Shown here piece by piece: positions 25,069 to 37,419 of a DNA stretch of 64,000 nt (position 1 is the first letter of the stretch; each line of letters begins with the position of its first letter). The notes under the pieces were generated by a model. That model ran no database searches, was not told the origin of the DNA, and saw nothing but the letters and a program-made list of their open reading frames with translations. Both the position numbers and the translations under genes were made by a program. This stretch comes from Squalus acanthias (taxonomy: Eukaryota), in NCBI GenBank assembly GCA_030390025.1, contig CM059432.1, positions 48,424,001 to 48,488,000 on the forward strand. The letters are read 5' to 3'.

Positions 25069-25763
25069 ACCAAACTATATTACTGTAAAATTACAGTAAT
25101 GTAATTGGATTACATTTCTATATAATTGCTCCATAGGTTATAGCATGAGCAAAATGTATTAGTTTCTTATCAAGTTTTATTTTGAATAGTTTCATTGTTT
25201 TCAAAAGCACTTTTTATTTGCCTATTTTATAAATAAAGAGTACAATACAACTAATATTTTGAACAACTTTTGAAAACTTGCTGAATTTGCTTACAGCTGT
25301 CAGTCAACAATCTGTGCCTAGAACCATAGGCTTCAGCCTAGCAGTAACAAAGTACTCCTATATCTATATAATTTGGGAAAGAATAATTGAACTTTATTTC
25401 CTATCTAATAAGAGATATTTAGTTTTATTAGCTTTAGTTTTTTCTGTTCTTCAGTCCTATCATTTGAGGCCTTTGCTCGACATCGAGACACTCCTGTGGC
25501 ATAGTAAAGGGACGATTTGAACACATCTCAGATCTCCTCCAGTCATTTCAATAGAAAGAAAAATAAATAAATCGATGCTTCAGACTAACCTGCAGGCCAA
25601 TCCAGAAGAGCCTAAACTGGGAGATTTTAGCACCACTAAATGTTGCTGTGTAATCAGCACAAACTAGCGCTTCCACAACAATCTAGCTGCCCAAGATCAG
25701 GTGTTCTTGAACAATATACATTGGTAGCTGAATCAATTAAAAAAAGAAAATTAATTTTATTAC

Positions 25764-25965
25764 CCTATACGTGGACTCCTCAGTTATATCCGTTTTCTTG
25801 CTGTCTTGTGATTTGTGTTGAGCTTTTTGTATTGTTGACATATTCCTGGGTGTGCGTCCCACTATTTGAAGCTCAGCAGATTCTACAGGTGAACTGCTAG
25901 AGAATTCTTCACCTCTGGGTTGGTAGTTAGAGGATTTTAGTTTTCGCACGCAGGGCTGTTCGTCC
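25764..25965 (-). CDS. LRRCC1: LRRCC1 internal coding exon B, (R)DEQPCVRK...DITEESTYR
   Basis: Acceptor ttgctttcgtctcag, donor gtaata; 202 nt, phase 2 to 0, which links exon A to exon C in frame. The EESTYR end matches the position of human EDNTYQ. Confidence 0.8.
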
Positions 25966-26476
25966 CTGAGACGAAAGCAATTATTTGCGTTACACTTTAA
26001 TAACATTTTACAGCAAAGAAGGACATTCAGCAAATCACATCTGCACTGGCTCTCTAAAAGAGCTATGCATTTAGTCCCTTTCACCTGCCTTTTCCCCATA
26101 CCCTTTTCAAACTTTCTTTTTACACCCTCTGTGTAAAAACATTTCTCTTAATCCCTCCCCTTCATTCTGGTGATCTTATACTTATGCCCTTTAGTTTACC
26201 AATTTCTTTTCATTATTAATCTAACACTTATGTTCAAATAACCTAGGATGAAGAAAAGATTGAAGGTACAGAAACCACCTTGATATGTATGAAAATGAAC
26301 CCCCCAACTAAACGTTGATGCCAACTTTAAACAACTCATTAGTGCCTAAAGATTGTGGTCTGCTCATTAGCTGCAAGATTGAGCTATATGGTAAAGGTAA
26401 TTCACTCCGAATAGGTAGAAGATATAGTCCCAGTTATTAGACATACTCAAAACAGAAATTACAGATCTGGAAAGCA

Positions 26477-28023
26477 GCACTGGATACAGCAAAGGCTATG
26501 GGCCCCGACAACATCCCGGCTATCGTGCTGAAGACTTGTGCTCCAGAACTAGCCGCGCCTCTAGCCAAGCTGTTCCAGTACAGCTACAACACTGGCATCT
26601 ATCCGACAATGTGGAAAACTGCCCAGGTGTGCCCTGTCCACAAAAAGCAGGACAAATCCAACCTGGCCAATTGCCATCCCATCAGTCTACTCTCAATCAT
26701 CAGCAAAGTGATGGAAGGTGTCATCGACAGTGCTAGCAAGCAGCACTTACTCACCAATAACCTGCTCACTGATGCCCAGTTTGGGTTCCGCCAAGACCAC
26801 TCGGCTCCCAACCTCATTACAGCCTTGGTCCAAACAGGGACAAAGGAGCTGAATTCCAGAGGTGAGGTGAGAGTGACGGCCCTTGACATCAAGGCAGCAT
26901 TTCATCGAGTGTGGCACAAAGGAGCCCTAGTAAAACTGAAGTCAATGAGAATCGGGGGGAAAATGCTCCACTGGCTGGAGTCATACCTAGCACATAGGAA
27001 GATGGTTGTGGTGGTTGAAGGTCAATCATCACAGCCCCAGGAGTTCCTCAGGGCAGTGTCCTAGGCCCAACCATCTTCAGTTGCTTCATCAATGACCTTC
27101 CCTCCAACAGAAGGTCAGAAATGGGGATGATCGCTGATGACTGCACAGTGTTCAGCGCCATTCACAACTCCTGAGATAATGAAGCAGCCCACACCCGCAT
27201 GCAACAAGACCTGGACGACGTTCAGGCTTGGGCTGATAAGTGGCTGGTAACATTCGCGCCACACAAGTGCCAGGCAATGACTATCTCCAACAGGCGAGAG
27301 TCTAACCACCTCCCCATTACATTCAATGGCATTACCATCGCCGAATCCCCCACTATCAACATCCTGGGGGGTCACCATCAACCAAAACTTAACTGGACCA
27401 GCCACATAAATACTGTGGCAACAAGAGCAGGTCAGAGGCTAGGTATTCTGCGGCGAGTGTCTCACCTCCTGACTCCCCAAAGCCTTTCCACCATCTACAA
27501 GGCACAAGTAAGGAGTGTGATGGAATACTCTCCACTTGCCTGGATGAGTGCAGCTCCAACAACACTCAAGAAGCTCAACACCATCCAGGACAAAGCAGCC
27601 TGCTTGATTGGCACCCCATCCACCACCTTAAACATTCACTCCCTCCACCACTGGCGTACTGTGGCTGCAGGGTGTACCATCTACAAAATGCACTGCAGCA
27701 ACTCGCCAAGACTTCTTCGGCAGCACCTCCCAAACCCGCGACCTCTTCTACCTAGAAGGACAAGGGCAGCAGGCGCATGGGAACACCACCACCTCCAAGT
27801 CACGCACCATCCTGACTTAGAAGTATATCGCCGATCCTTCATTGTCGCTGGGTCAAAATCCTGGAACTCCCTCCCTAACAGCACTGTGGGAGTACCTTCA
27901 CCACACGGACTGCAGCGGTTCAAGAAGGCGGCTCACCACCACCTTCTCAAGGGCAATTCGGGATGGGCAATAAATGCTGGCCGTGCCAGCGATGCCACAT
28001 CCCATAAACGAATTAAAAAAAAA
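26477..28023 (+). mobile_element. CR1-group LINE of a distinct, poly(A)-tailed family; 5' truncated RT region
   Basis: KAMGPDNIP, ALDIKAAF, IADD and YKAQVRSVMEY motifs; AATAAA plus A-tail; frameshifts and stops. Confidence 0.9.
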
Positions 28024-28309
28024 TACCTACAACTGAAGTCAATGCTGCAAAAAGAAATTGCTCTGTTTATAGGGGTTTCCACTCTTCCTCTTCATTAAGC
28101 GATCCATCAAGTGTTCTTCCATTAAGGACTATGGGGAAAAGAAACCTAAATTTGTATCAAACAGTACAACAGCATTTAAGAGAAGGGAAAATTTCCTCCT
28201 TTGGCAGTGAAAAAGGCCGACAAAAAAACTGCTGTTAGGAAAAGAATCTTGATGAGCTTTCAATGCCAAGATACAACTTAATTACTTTAACAACAATTTG
28301 CATTTATAT

Positions 28310-28450
28310 AAAAACAGAAAATGCTGGATCCTTCATCGACCTGAAGCATTAACTCCGTTTCTCTCTCCACAGAGGCTGCCTGACCTGCTGAGCATTTCCA
28401 GCATTTTGTTTTTATTTCAGATTTCCAGCATCTGCAGTATTTTGCTTTTG
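28310..28450 (+). mobile_element. Penelope-like terminal repeat with a short inverted 5' segment
   Basis: Homologous to 18536-18643; preceded by aaaacagaaaatgctgga, an inverted copy of its own 3' part. Confidence 0.7.
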
Positions 28451-28452
28451 TA

Positions 28453-28960
28453 CTTGCATTTATATAATGTTTTTGACACAGAAACCACCTCAAGGTGTTT
28501 CACAGCAGAAAAACAGATGGTGAGCGTTAATAGAAACATTAGGAGAGATGATGAAAGGATGATCAAGAAGATAGGTTTTAAGGAAGCTTTTGAAGGCAGG
28601 AAAAGAAGTAGCATGGCAGAGCGATTCAGGGGTGAAATTCCAAAGGGTAGGCCGAGACAGATGAAGGTGGAACAGAATGGTCGAGGGAGGAAACGATGCA
28701 CAGGATTCAGAGGATCAAACGGCATAGAATTAGGCATATGGCTGGAGGAGGTTGTAGAGGTAGTATAGAGCAAGGCTATGGAGTGATTTGTAAATGAGGA
28801 TGTAGATTTTGAGCATTGCGGGACAGGGAGCCAATAAAGGTGGGTCAGGATGGGTGCAGCAGAGTTTTGGACGAGTTGGAATTTGTATGTGGTGAAGCTC
28901 AGGCAGCTAGCAAGGGGGATATTGACAAAGTCAATTCCGGCAGTAACAAAAGCATGGATA
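28453..28960 (-). mobile_element. Old L2-type LINE fragment
   Basis: Degenerate homology to the other L2 copies, including the tail. Confidence 0.65.
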
Positions 28961-29650
28961 TTGGCCTGGATTTTGCGGTGGGTATGACAGCGTACTCTGA
29001 AATTTCGCCGTCATACCGCCGTTGAAATACACCACAAGTTCGGGATTTCCACATGCGCGGAATCCCGAACTTGCGATCTGTCAAGGTACACCAATTGTAG
29101 ACGAAACTCTTACGGTTGGTGAAAGCAAGTGTAGGAGCCTGATTTCCTGTTAACTTTCAGTTCATCTCTACCTGACATTGACTTTCAGCTGGGCAAACTG
29201 ACTACTTGATAACAAATGACGTGTTTACTTGCTGGATATGGTTTAAAGAACACAGGCCTGTTTTTACAGAACGAATAGTCTTTACTGAATGTGAATATAT
29301 CTAACACACCTCACAGATGTTATTCGAACATACATTCACACACAAACATACCATACCATGTTTATATATTGCCCTTTGTTACAATTAGTTTTGTTATGCT
29401 TTATTTTCCTGCTATGTAAATGACACGTTGTTACCGCCTGTAAACTCGGAGTGTTGGATGAATGCCAGGGTGTGGGTTCGTTGTCGGGTAGCGACTTGTT
29501 CTTGAGCGACAGACAGATGCGCTAGCAGAGATAGAGGGAGGGGGAGAGAGAGTGGAGAAAAAGTAAACCAAAGGAGGAAGAAACGGCACTAGAGTTACCC
29601 TCTCGGTCTAAAGTAATAACACTACCAGTGAATGTTCAATGTTATCAGCG

Positions 29651-29842
29651 CCCTCCCTAAACTTCTCCACCTCTTTCCTCCTTTAAGACGCTCCTTAAAA
29701 CCTACCTCTTTGACCAAGCTTTTGGTCATCTGTCCTAATTTCTTCTTATGTGGCTCGGTGTCAAATTTTTGTCTTATAACATTCCTGTGAAGCGCCTTGG
29801 GACATTTTACTACATTAAAGCCACTATATAAATACAAGTTGT
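29651..29842 (+). mobile_element. L2-type LINE 3' end
   Basis: Near-identical to 16858-17058. Confidence 0.85.
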
Positions 29843-30396
29843 GAAATTCCAATAACATTTCCTTCAGCGGGCGGTGATGGGAACACATGCAGGGATTGCT
29901 TGATCAGAGCCTTGTGCTTAAGCACCAGCTCTGTTGGCAGTTTGCCAGCTATTGCATTTAAACAAGGTGCTTCAAAAATCAAGAAGTTCTTACACAGCTA
30001 TTGGCTTGTTCTTTGGGGAAACAGACCATCGAAGCATACTTTAATGCGTCACTATAGAATGTATTCGACCTGAATGGAGCACACAATAATAACCCCAGTC
30101 GGGGCTCTCTTGGTCGTTTTCTCTTTTTTCGCAATCTAATCTTCTTCCGGGATGGCAGCCATTACATATTTTAGTGTATGAGTATTTTGTTTAACCACAG
30201 TGCTGGGTGGGAGCTTGGCGGGATTTTGGTCTGTATTTTTTTCTAGTTGTTTGGAAATAAAACGAAAGACACAATAATAAATGAGGAGCTTTGTACTTTT
30301 CTTCGGGTTTTGGTTCACTCGCCGGGGATGATTCAATGTTATGATTATACCTTTGGGTTAGCTGGCTTTGCCATTAGATTACAGATATATTATATG

Positions 30397-30560
30397 CAAT
30401 GTTCCCGCTAAGGTGCGCGCGCACGCAGCCGTGCAGTAATCTGAAAGGTCCTGCGCAGGCCGCTCACTGGCTTTTACATTGTAAATACCGTGCATGCACA
30501 GAAATTTAACGGGACCGCACATTAAAAGAATTAGACTGCGCAGAAGAAAGCGCAGCCTAC
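30397..30560. mobile_element. hAT-type MITE, one end lost
   Basis: Starts CAATGTTCCCGCTAAG and shares the internal gtgcatgc.ca.aaatttaac motif with 21346-21507. Confidence 0.65.
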
Positions 30561-30574
30561 ACGGATCATTAGTT

Positions 30575-31212
30575 ATATGATCACCTACTTCCACCTCCGT
30601 AACATCGCCCGTCTCCGCCCTTGCCTCATCCATGCCTTTGTTACTTCTAGACTTGACTATTCCATTGCACTCCTGACTGGCCTCCCACGTTCTACCCTAC
30701 ATAAACCTGAAGTCATCCAAAATTCGGCTGCCCATGTCCTAACTCATACCAAGTCCCATTCAACCATTACCCGTGCTCGCTGACCTACATTGGCTCCCGG
30801 TTAAGCAACGCCTCGATTTCAAAATTCTCATCCTTGTTTTCGAATCCCTCCATGGCCTTGCCCCTCCCTATCTCTGTAATCTCCTCCAGCCCCACTGCTC
30901 CCTGAGATATCTGCGCTCCTCTAATTCTGCCCTCTTGAGCATTCCTGATTAAAATCGCTCAACCATTGGTGGCCGTGCCTTCTGTTGCCTTGTGCTTAAG
31001 CGCTGGAATTCCCTGCCTTAACCTCTCCGCCCCTCTTTCCTCCTTTAAGACACTCCTTAAAATCTACCTCTTTGACCAAGCTTTTGGTCATCTGCCCTAA
31101 TTTCTCCTTATATGGCTCGGTGTCAAATTATTTGTCTTATAATACTCCTGTGAAGGGCCTTGGGTTGTTTTACTGCATTAAAGGTGCTATATAAATAAAA
31201 GTTGTTGTTGTT
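30575..31212 (+). mobile_element. L2-type LINE 3' fragment
   Basis: YFHLRNIARLRP...IHAFVTSRLDY motif; (TTG)n tail. Confidence 0.9.
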
Positions 31213-33304
31213 TATAAAGATTTCAATACTACTCATGTAATTTAACAGTGAACTGGAATGGGACTACACTGGCAAGGGCAAACTATTACACACCCATATT
31301 GTAGACTCTCACAAGCCTCGTTATAACTGTCAGAATTGACATGTACACAGTATCTAAGTACTCGGCCTTATCTTTAAAGCTTGTATGCTACTATTTATTT
31401 TAATAGTAAAGTGTCAAATTATCAGTTGTTACATTCGATGAACGACAAGTATGCCTCTAAACAGGAAGTTGTATACATAGGGACTAATAAACTGAGAGTT
31501 TGGATGAAAGAAAAACCCAAAATGCTGATATATGAAATAAGTCCAAGTACCAGTTTAATTAAAAGTTTTCAGAAGATTTTAAAATGTAATTTCAATGGAA
31601 GAGACGGAGAGAGGTTTCTGTGGGCGCGGCTTAGTTTTGACAGCTTTTGTGGGTGTGTCTTCCCTTACGCATAGGCTGTACGCTGCGCTCCTGGCCTTCC
31701 TGACGGCATACGTTGCAAGAACTCTGCAGCGCTGAAGAGGAAGGCTCCGTTCCGGGCCTCACTGAAGGTAAATGCGTATTCTTTTTGCAGGTCGGCGGCG
31801 TACTCCGGAGCTAGGCCGCCAACCACAATTTTTGGCCCATTGTGTTTCAGCACCAGTGGGGTTTACACAAATACAGTGGCAGAAGATACTGCGAAAGTGA
31901 AAGCATGCAGTTTTGGTATCACAACTTCAGTATAACTCAGCCAAATCTATCCACAGAGTCATAGAAATTTACAGCACAGAACCAGGCCATTCGGCCCATC
32001 ATGCTTGTGCCGGCCAAAAAAGAGCTATCCAGCCTAATCCCACTTTCTAGCTCTTGGTTCGTAGCCCTGTAGGTTACAGCAATTCAAGTGCCATAACATT
32101 ATAAGTCATCATTTTTGCTTTCAGATGCGGACAGATCTGCTGTGTATTTTCAGCCTTTTTTTATTTAACCTTGTAGGATGATTTTGATTAGCATTAGTGC
32201 CTTCAAAATTGAGTGAGAGGGAAGTTGATAGGAACTAAGGGGTGCCCTCTGGACTAATTAGCCTATTGTCACAAATGTATGGATTTACTCAGGTTCATAT
32301 AGGATGGTGGCTGCTGTTTTTAATTCCTAATATCTACACGGTTCTTAATGTGACCATCGGGAAATTAATGTACCAAGTGTAGCCTAGCAGGCACAATTGT
32401 TATTTTCCTGTTGATTGTATAATATGAATCCTGTGATTGAATTGTGTTCAAAGTGCCCAGACAGAAATGTGATTTACTGCCATTTGCTCTGTTGAGCTTC
32501 AAACTTGCATATACATGTATTTGAACTATTGTGAATTTTAACTTCAAGTTTTGTCTGATTACCCAACTGCAAAATGAACATTTGGCTAAAAACAGGACAT
32601 CTGAAAAATACAAGAGGGGTTCCAAGCTACTGGACACTTTTTGAAGTCATCAATGACAGAAGTGTGCACTGGAGAGGAAAAAAAAGGGAACAACTTTGCT
32701 CTGTGAATTGTGAAGGATTGGGTTTGACAGATTTACTGAAACATGGTAACGAATGCAGACTTACTATTTATACATGAAGACCATTATTATAAAAGGTAAT
32801 TGACCCATTATGAACTGTTCTACAAACATTTCATATTTGTCTCTAATGTTTTGCTGACTGGCTTGTTTCTGAAGTGAGTTTGATAGTGTAGGAAAAGGTT
32901 GTGTTTATTCCAGTATGAAGATAGGGTAACTGTTAATCATTCCAGATCATGCAACTCTCCAGGGATTGATTTCCCAAAAAAAACAGTTTCTGAGTTGTAG
33001 GAAACAAGTTTGTCTCATGGAATCTCCCATGAAACCAAGATCTGATGGGATGCTCTGCTGTTTTTTTTTATAGCTGGAAGTTCCTGAGGAAACAAGATAA
33101 TTCCAGTAGCTAAAGTAATTAACAGAAATGTTTCTTTTGTACATTATCCTGGGAAAAACCTACAAAGATACCAGGGATAGTAAACATATTCTCAAGTTTA
33201 TAGAGAATTGGAACTCAGCTATGAGAGTAATCAAAAATCTAATGTAAGGAGCATAGAAAGGATCAAAAAACATAATACAGACAAGCTTTTTCTAATACCC
33301 TGTC

Positions 33305-33830
33305 TAGGACGTCAATATATGTAGTAGAGGAGCCTCACCAGACATGGCAGCAATACTGTATTCAAGTTTTGGAGAGACTTGGCCTTTATACAGAGTTGTT
33401 GTGGAGAAAGTAAATAGTTGGCACAATGATAAAAAGGAGCAAATATAGGACTTTCACTTGACAATAGAGAAGATAGGGAGATAAATAGCATCAACAGATA
33501 AAGCACTAAGGATAAAGTGAAAGGTAAGGTTATACAATGCCTTGGAGGAATCAAAATAAACAAGGTTTTCTTTGTTCCATCAAAGGGCATGGAGATTGAG
33601 ATTGAACAATTCAGCCACTGCATTGAGAAAAATGGAAATTAATGAATGTGGAGTGAAATCATCAGCAAAGCAATGAATAGGGTTGGGTGATAAATGGAGT
33701 AGGCCACTGAAATGAAGCAAAAACAGATCCCTTGGTAACACCAGAGGTAATGGGAAAAATGGACCAAAGGGTGACCTATCAAATATAACACAGCAATGTG
33801 GAAGGAAACTGGATAGCTAGGAACGTAACT
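33305..33830 (-). mobile_element. Highly degenerate CR1-group LINE fragment
   Basis: YLLSPQQL..KA remnant resembles HLLTPQSLSTIYKAQ of the 26477 element. Confidence 0.5.
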
Positions 33831-34860
33831 TTGATGGCAGATTATAGCCTGAATTTTCTGCTACTGGTCTCTTATTTTTGCTGCATATATCGGGCAACTG
33901 GTAGCAGAAAATGAGGAGCTCTGGTTGCTGGAACTCTGCCCACTCTGCGTTGCAGTGAAGTTTTCAGGGAACGGAAGCATTCATCCCAAACAGATGGGCA
34001 GTTTACTTAAATATGTATTTAGGGGCATATTCCTCCAACAAACCATTTCTCAGCCTTCGGGCATACAGGACATCAAATCTGAAGGATGCCCATTTCAAAA
34101 AGAGGCATCCAAGGTTATTGGGGAAACAGGCTGTGGTGGTAGGTGATTTAAAGGACCAGGATAAATTACTTCAATCCTTAATTTTTCAGTCATTCATTAC
34201 TTGTTTTAATTCATTTTTATGCAGCGGGAGGGAGCAGCGGCAGCAGAATTCGAGAGTGACGTCACAGTACAGAAAGTGACGCCGGCGCAGGGGAAGAAGC
34301 TGATTGGTGAGTAGTGGGTGAGTGCTTTTTTTTCTTCAATTTTAAGTTTATTTCTTTTAAGTTAGTTCATAGTTAAGGTAATTCGGGAGAGCGAGAATCC
34401 GAGAGTTTAAATTTGAGGTAAGAGTTTTTTAATTAAAAGTATGGCAGGGGACCTCAGTCCCGTGCGTTGCACGGCCTGCAGCATGTGGGAATTCCTAGAC
34501 GCTTCTTGCAGTCAGGATGACCACATGTGCAGTAAGTGCCAACGGTTTGGCCAACTTGAGATCCGGTTTTCGGAGCTCGAGCGTCAGCTGGAGGCACTGC
34601 GGTGTATCCGCGAGGCTGAGAGTTACGTAGATAGTACGTTTTTAGACGTGGTCGTCCCGCAGCTTAAGAAAGTGCAGTCAGAGAGGGAATGGGAGACTAT
34701 GGGCTCGATTTTGCCATTGGGGTCGGGCTGAGGCGTGTCAGGTAGTTTTCATGTCAGGACCCCGACTCCGATGTGAAGTGGGAAAAAAGTGCGATTTTCC
34801 CCTAATTGGGCACTTGATTTCCAGCGTGTGGGAACCTCTGGCCCAATGAGTCTTTCCAAG

Positions 34861-35972
34861 GGGCAAGGTATTGACTTGGATAGAGAACTGGTTGGTGGAC
34901 AGAAAGCAGAGAGTAGGAATTAATGGGTCTTTTTCCGAGTGGCAGGCAGTGACTAGTGGGGTACCGCAGGGATCGGTCCTTGGACCCCAGCTATTCACAA
35001 TATACATTAATGATCTAGATAAGGGAACTAAATGTAATATCTCCAAGTTTGCAGATGACACAAAGCTGGGTGGGCGTGTGTGCTGCGAGGAGGATACCGA
35101 GAAACTCCAGGATGATTTGGACAGGTTGGGTGAGTGGGCAGAAGCGTGGTAGATGCAATATAACGTGGATAAATGCGAGCTTATCCACTTTGGTGTCAAA
35201 AACAGAAAGGCAGACTATTATCTGAATGGCAATAGATTGGGAGAAGGGGAAGTGCAACGAGACCTGGGTGTCCTTGTGCACCAGTCGCTGAAGGTAAGCA
35301 TGCAGGTGCAGCAGGCGGTGAAGAAGGCAAATGGTATGTTGGCCTTCATAGCAAAAGGGTTTGAGTATAGGAACAGGGATGTCCTGCTGCAGTTGTACAG
35401 GGCCTTGGTGAGACCACACCTTGAGTACTGTGTGCAGTTTTGGTCGCCTTATCTGAGGAAGGATGTTCTTGCCATGGAAGGAGTTCAGTGAAGATTCACA
35501 AGGCTGATACCTGGGATGGCAGGAATGATATATGAGGAGAGATTGGGTCGATTGGGCTTATACTCGCTGGAGTATAGAAGAATGAGAGGGGATCTCATCG
35601 AAACATAAAATTCTGACAGGTCTGGACAAACTAGATGCAGGAAGAATGTTCCCGATGGTCGGAGAGTCCAGAACCAGGGGTCATAATCTAAGGATAAGGG
35701 GTAAGCCATTTAGGACAGAAATGAGGAAGAATTTCTTCACCCAGAGAGTGGTGAACCTGTGGAATTCTCTACCACAGAAGGTAGTTGAGGCCAAGTCATT
35801 AAATATATTCAAGAATGAGTTAGATATATTTCTTAAAGCTAAAGGTATCAAGGGATATGGGGAGAAGGCAGGTACAGGGTACTGAGTTTGGATGATCAGC
35901 CATGATCTCATCGAATGGCGGAGCAGGCTTGAGGGGCCAAATGGCCTACTCCTGCTCCTATCTTCTATGTTT
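34861..35972 (+). mobile_element. CR1 3' fragment nested in the Harbinger
   Basis: [14 protein letters not shown] and RPHLEY motifs plus 3' tail. Confidence 0.95.
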
Positions 35973-37419
35973 CATCCTGAAAGTCGCCTCCGGTGACGTC
36001 ATCAGTGCTGCTGGATTTAAGGCCTGCAAGCAGCCTTGCTTCTTCTGGAGACTGGAAAGGCTTTGGACATTGTATGAAGGATTTCATTTACCGACCATGT
36101 CCACCAGCAAGCAAAAGTGTGCACCTCGCTTTGATGAGCCCTCCCTCCAAGCTCTGGTGCAGAGAGCAAGATCTAATAAGGAGGTGCTCTTCCCTTCCTC
36201 AGGGAGAAAAAAGCCACCACAACAGACTAAAGCTGTGTGGCTGCAAGTGGCCCAGGAGGTCAATGCCATCTCTATGTGCCGCAGAACCTGGCTGCAGTGC
36301 AGGAAGAGGTTTCATGACCTTCTCCGCACAGGAAAAGTGAGTATGACTTTCTCATCACCCTCAATCTCATCCCCATCGCCTGTCCTCACCAGCACTCTGC
36401 TTTGCCAACCTCTTCCTCCACATCCCACTTGACACTGACATCCCTGCACCCTTACCCATTCTCTCTCTCTCCATGGTCACATTCACTTAACTATTCGACA
36501 ATGCAGCCCTCACACTCCCTATCACTGTGACGCAATGACAACAACTTACAACACACAGGGAGGGCCCTTTGTCTCCTTCTAAGCATCTATGCTATGGATT
36601 CTCCACACTCACTCCTTCATTGTCACTTAAACTCCACTTGTGTCCCTCAATGAAGGAAGAGAGAGCCCACAATAAGATGGAAAGAGCGAGGACAGGAGGA
36701 GGCCCACCCTCAGTAGCCCAGCTCACCACCTCGGAGGAGGCGGCCCTGGAAATTGCCGGGATCGAGGAGGATTCCCAAGTGGGGGACGGACACACGGGCG
36801 CATCACAGCAAGCTGGTGACAGAATAGTTTGTCATCTCTCTCATTGACATTGCATGAGTGACTGATAATGATTCTGATGCTCTAACAGATTGACTTATGA
36901 TCATCTGCACAATTCAATGTGCATGCAACCTTTACCTCACATCTCTAACTCTTTCCTTAACTCCCCCACAGGACCATCGAGAGCCCCGTCCCCACTGTCC
37001 AGGAGGAAGAGCCTGAGCTTCCAGACTCCTCAGAGGAAGCTGCAACCTCTGAGGGCGCGCCGTCAACAGAATTAAGCGCACCCTGCACCAGCGCAGACAC
37101 TCACACCTCGGTGGAACCTTCGGGACATAGAGTAGAGTTGTCACCTGGTGTATCACAGCTCACAAGTGAGCATCAGCAGATGGTGGAGACAGGGACAGCA
37201 GTGGAGAGTCCTCGTCGCAGTGGAGAGGACGCTCCCAGCTCGGCTCCGCTGCACGTCGAACCTGTGCCTCCGGGTCCATCCAGAAGGAGAGTGGTGCTGG
37301 AACTCCAGGAACAGGTGCAGGAGTCTCTGGCAGGTTTTGTCTCCAGGGTTGCTGCGAGTGTGGAGGGAATGGAAGAGTCCATCGCTAACATGAGCAGAGC
37401 CTTTGTGGAGGCGTTGGCG

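Noticed and set aside
25966..26099. N-terminal extension of ORF 25737-26099
   Set aside because: It lies upstream of the splice acceptor and is partly a CR1 remnant.
32400..33300. Possible solo LTR or nested exon
   Set aside because: I could not identify TG...CA ends, a TSD or a spliceable coding frame.
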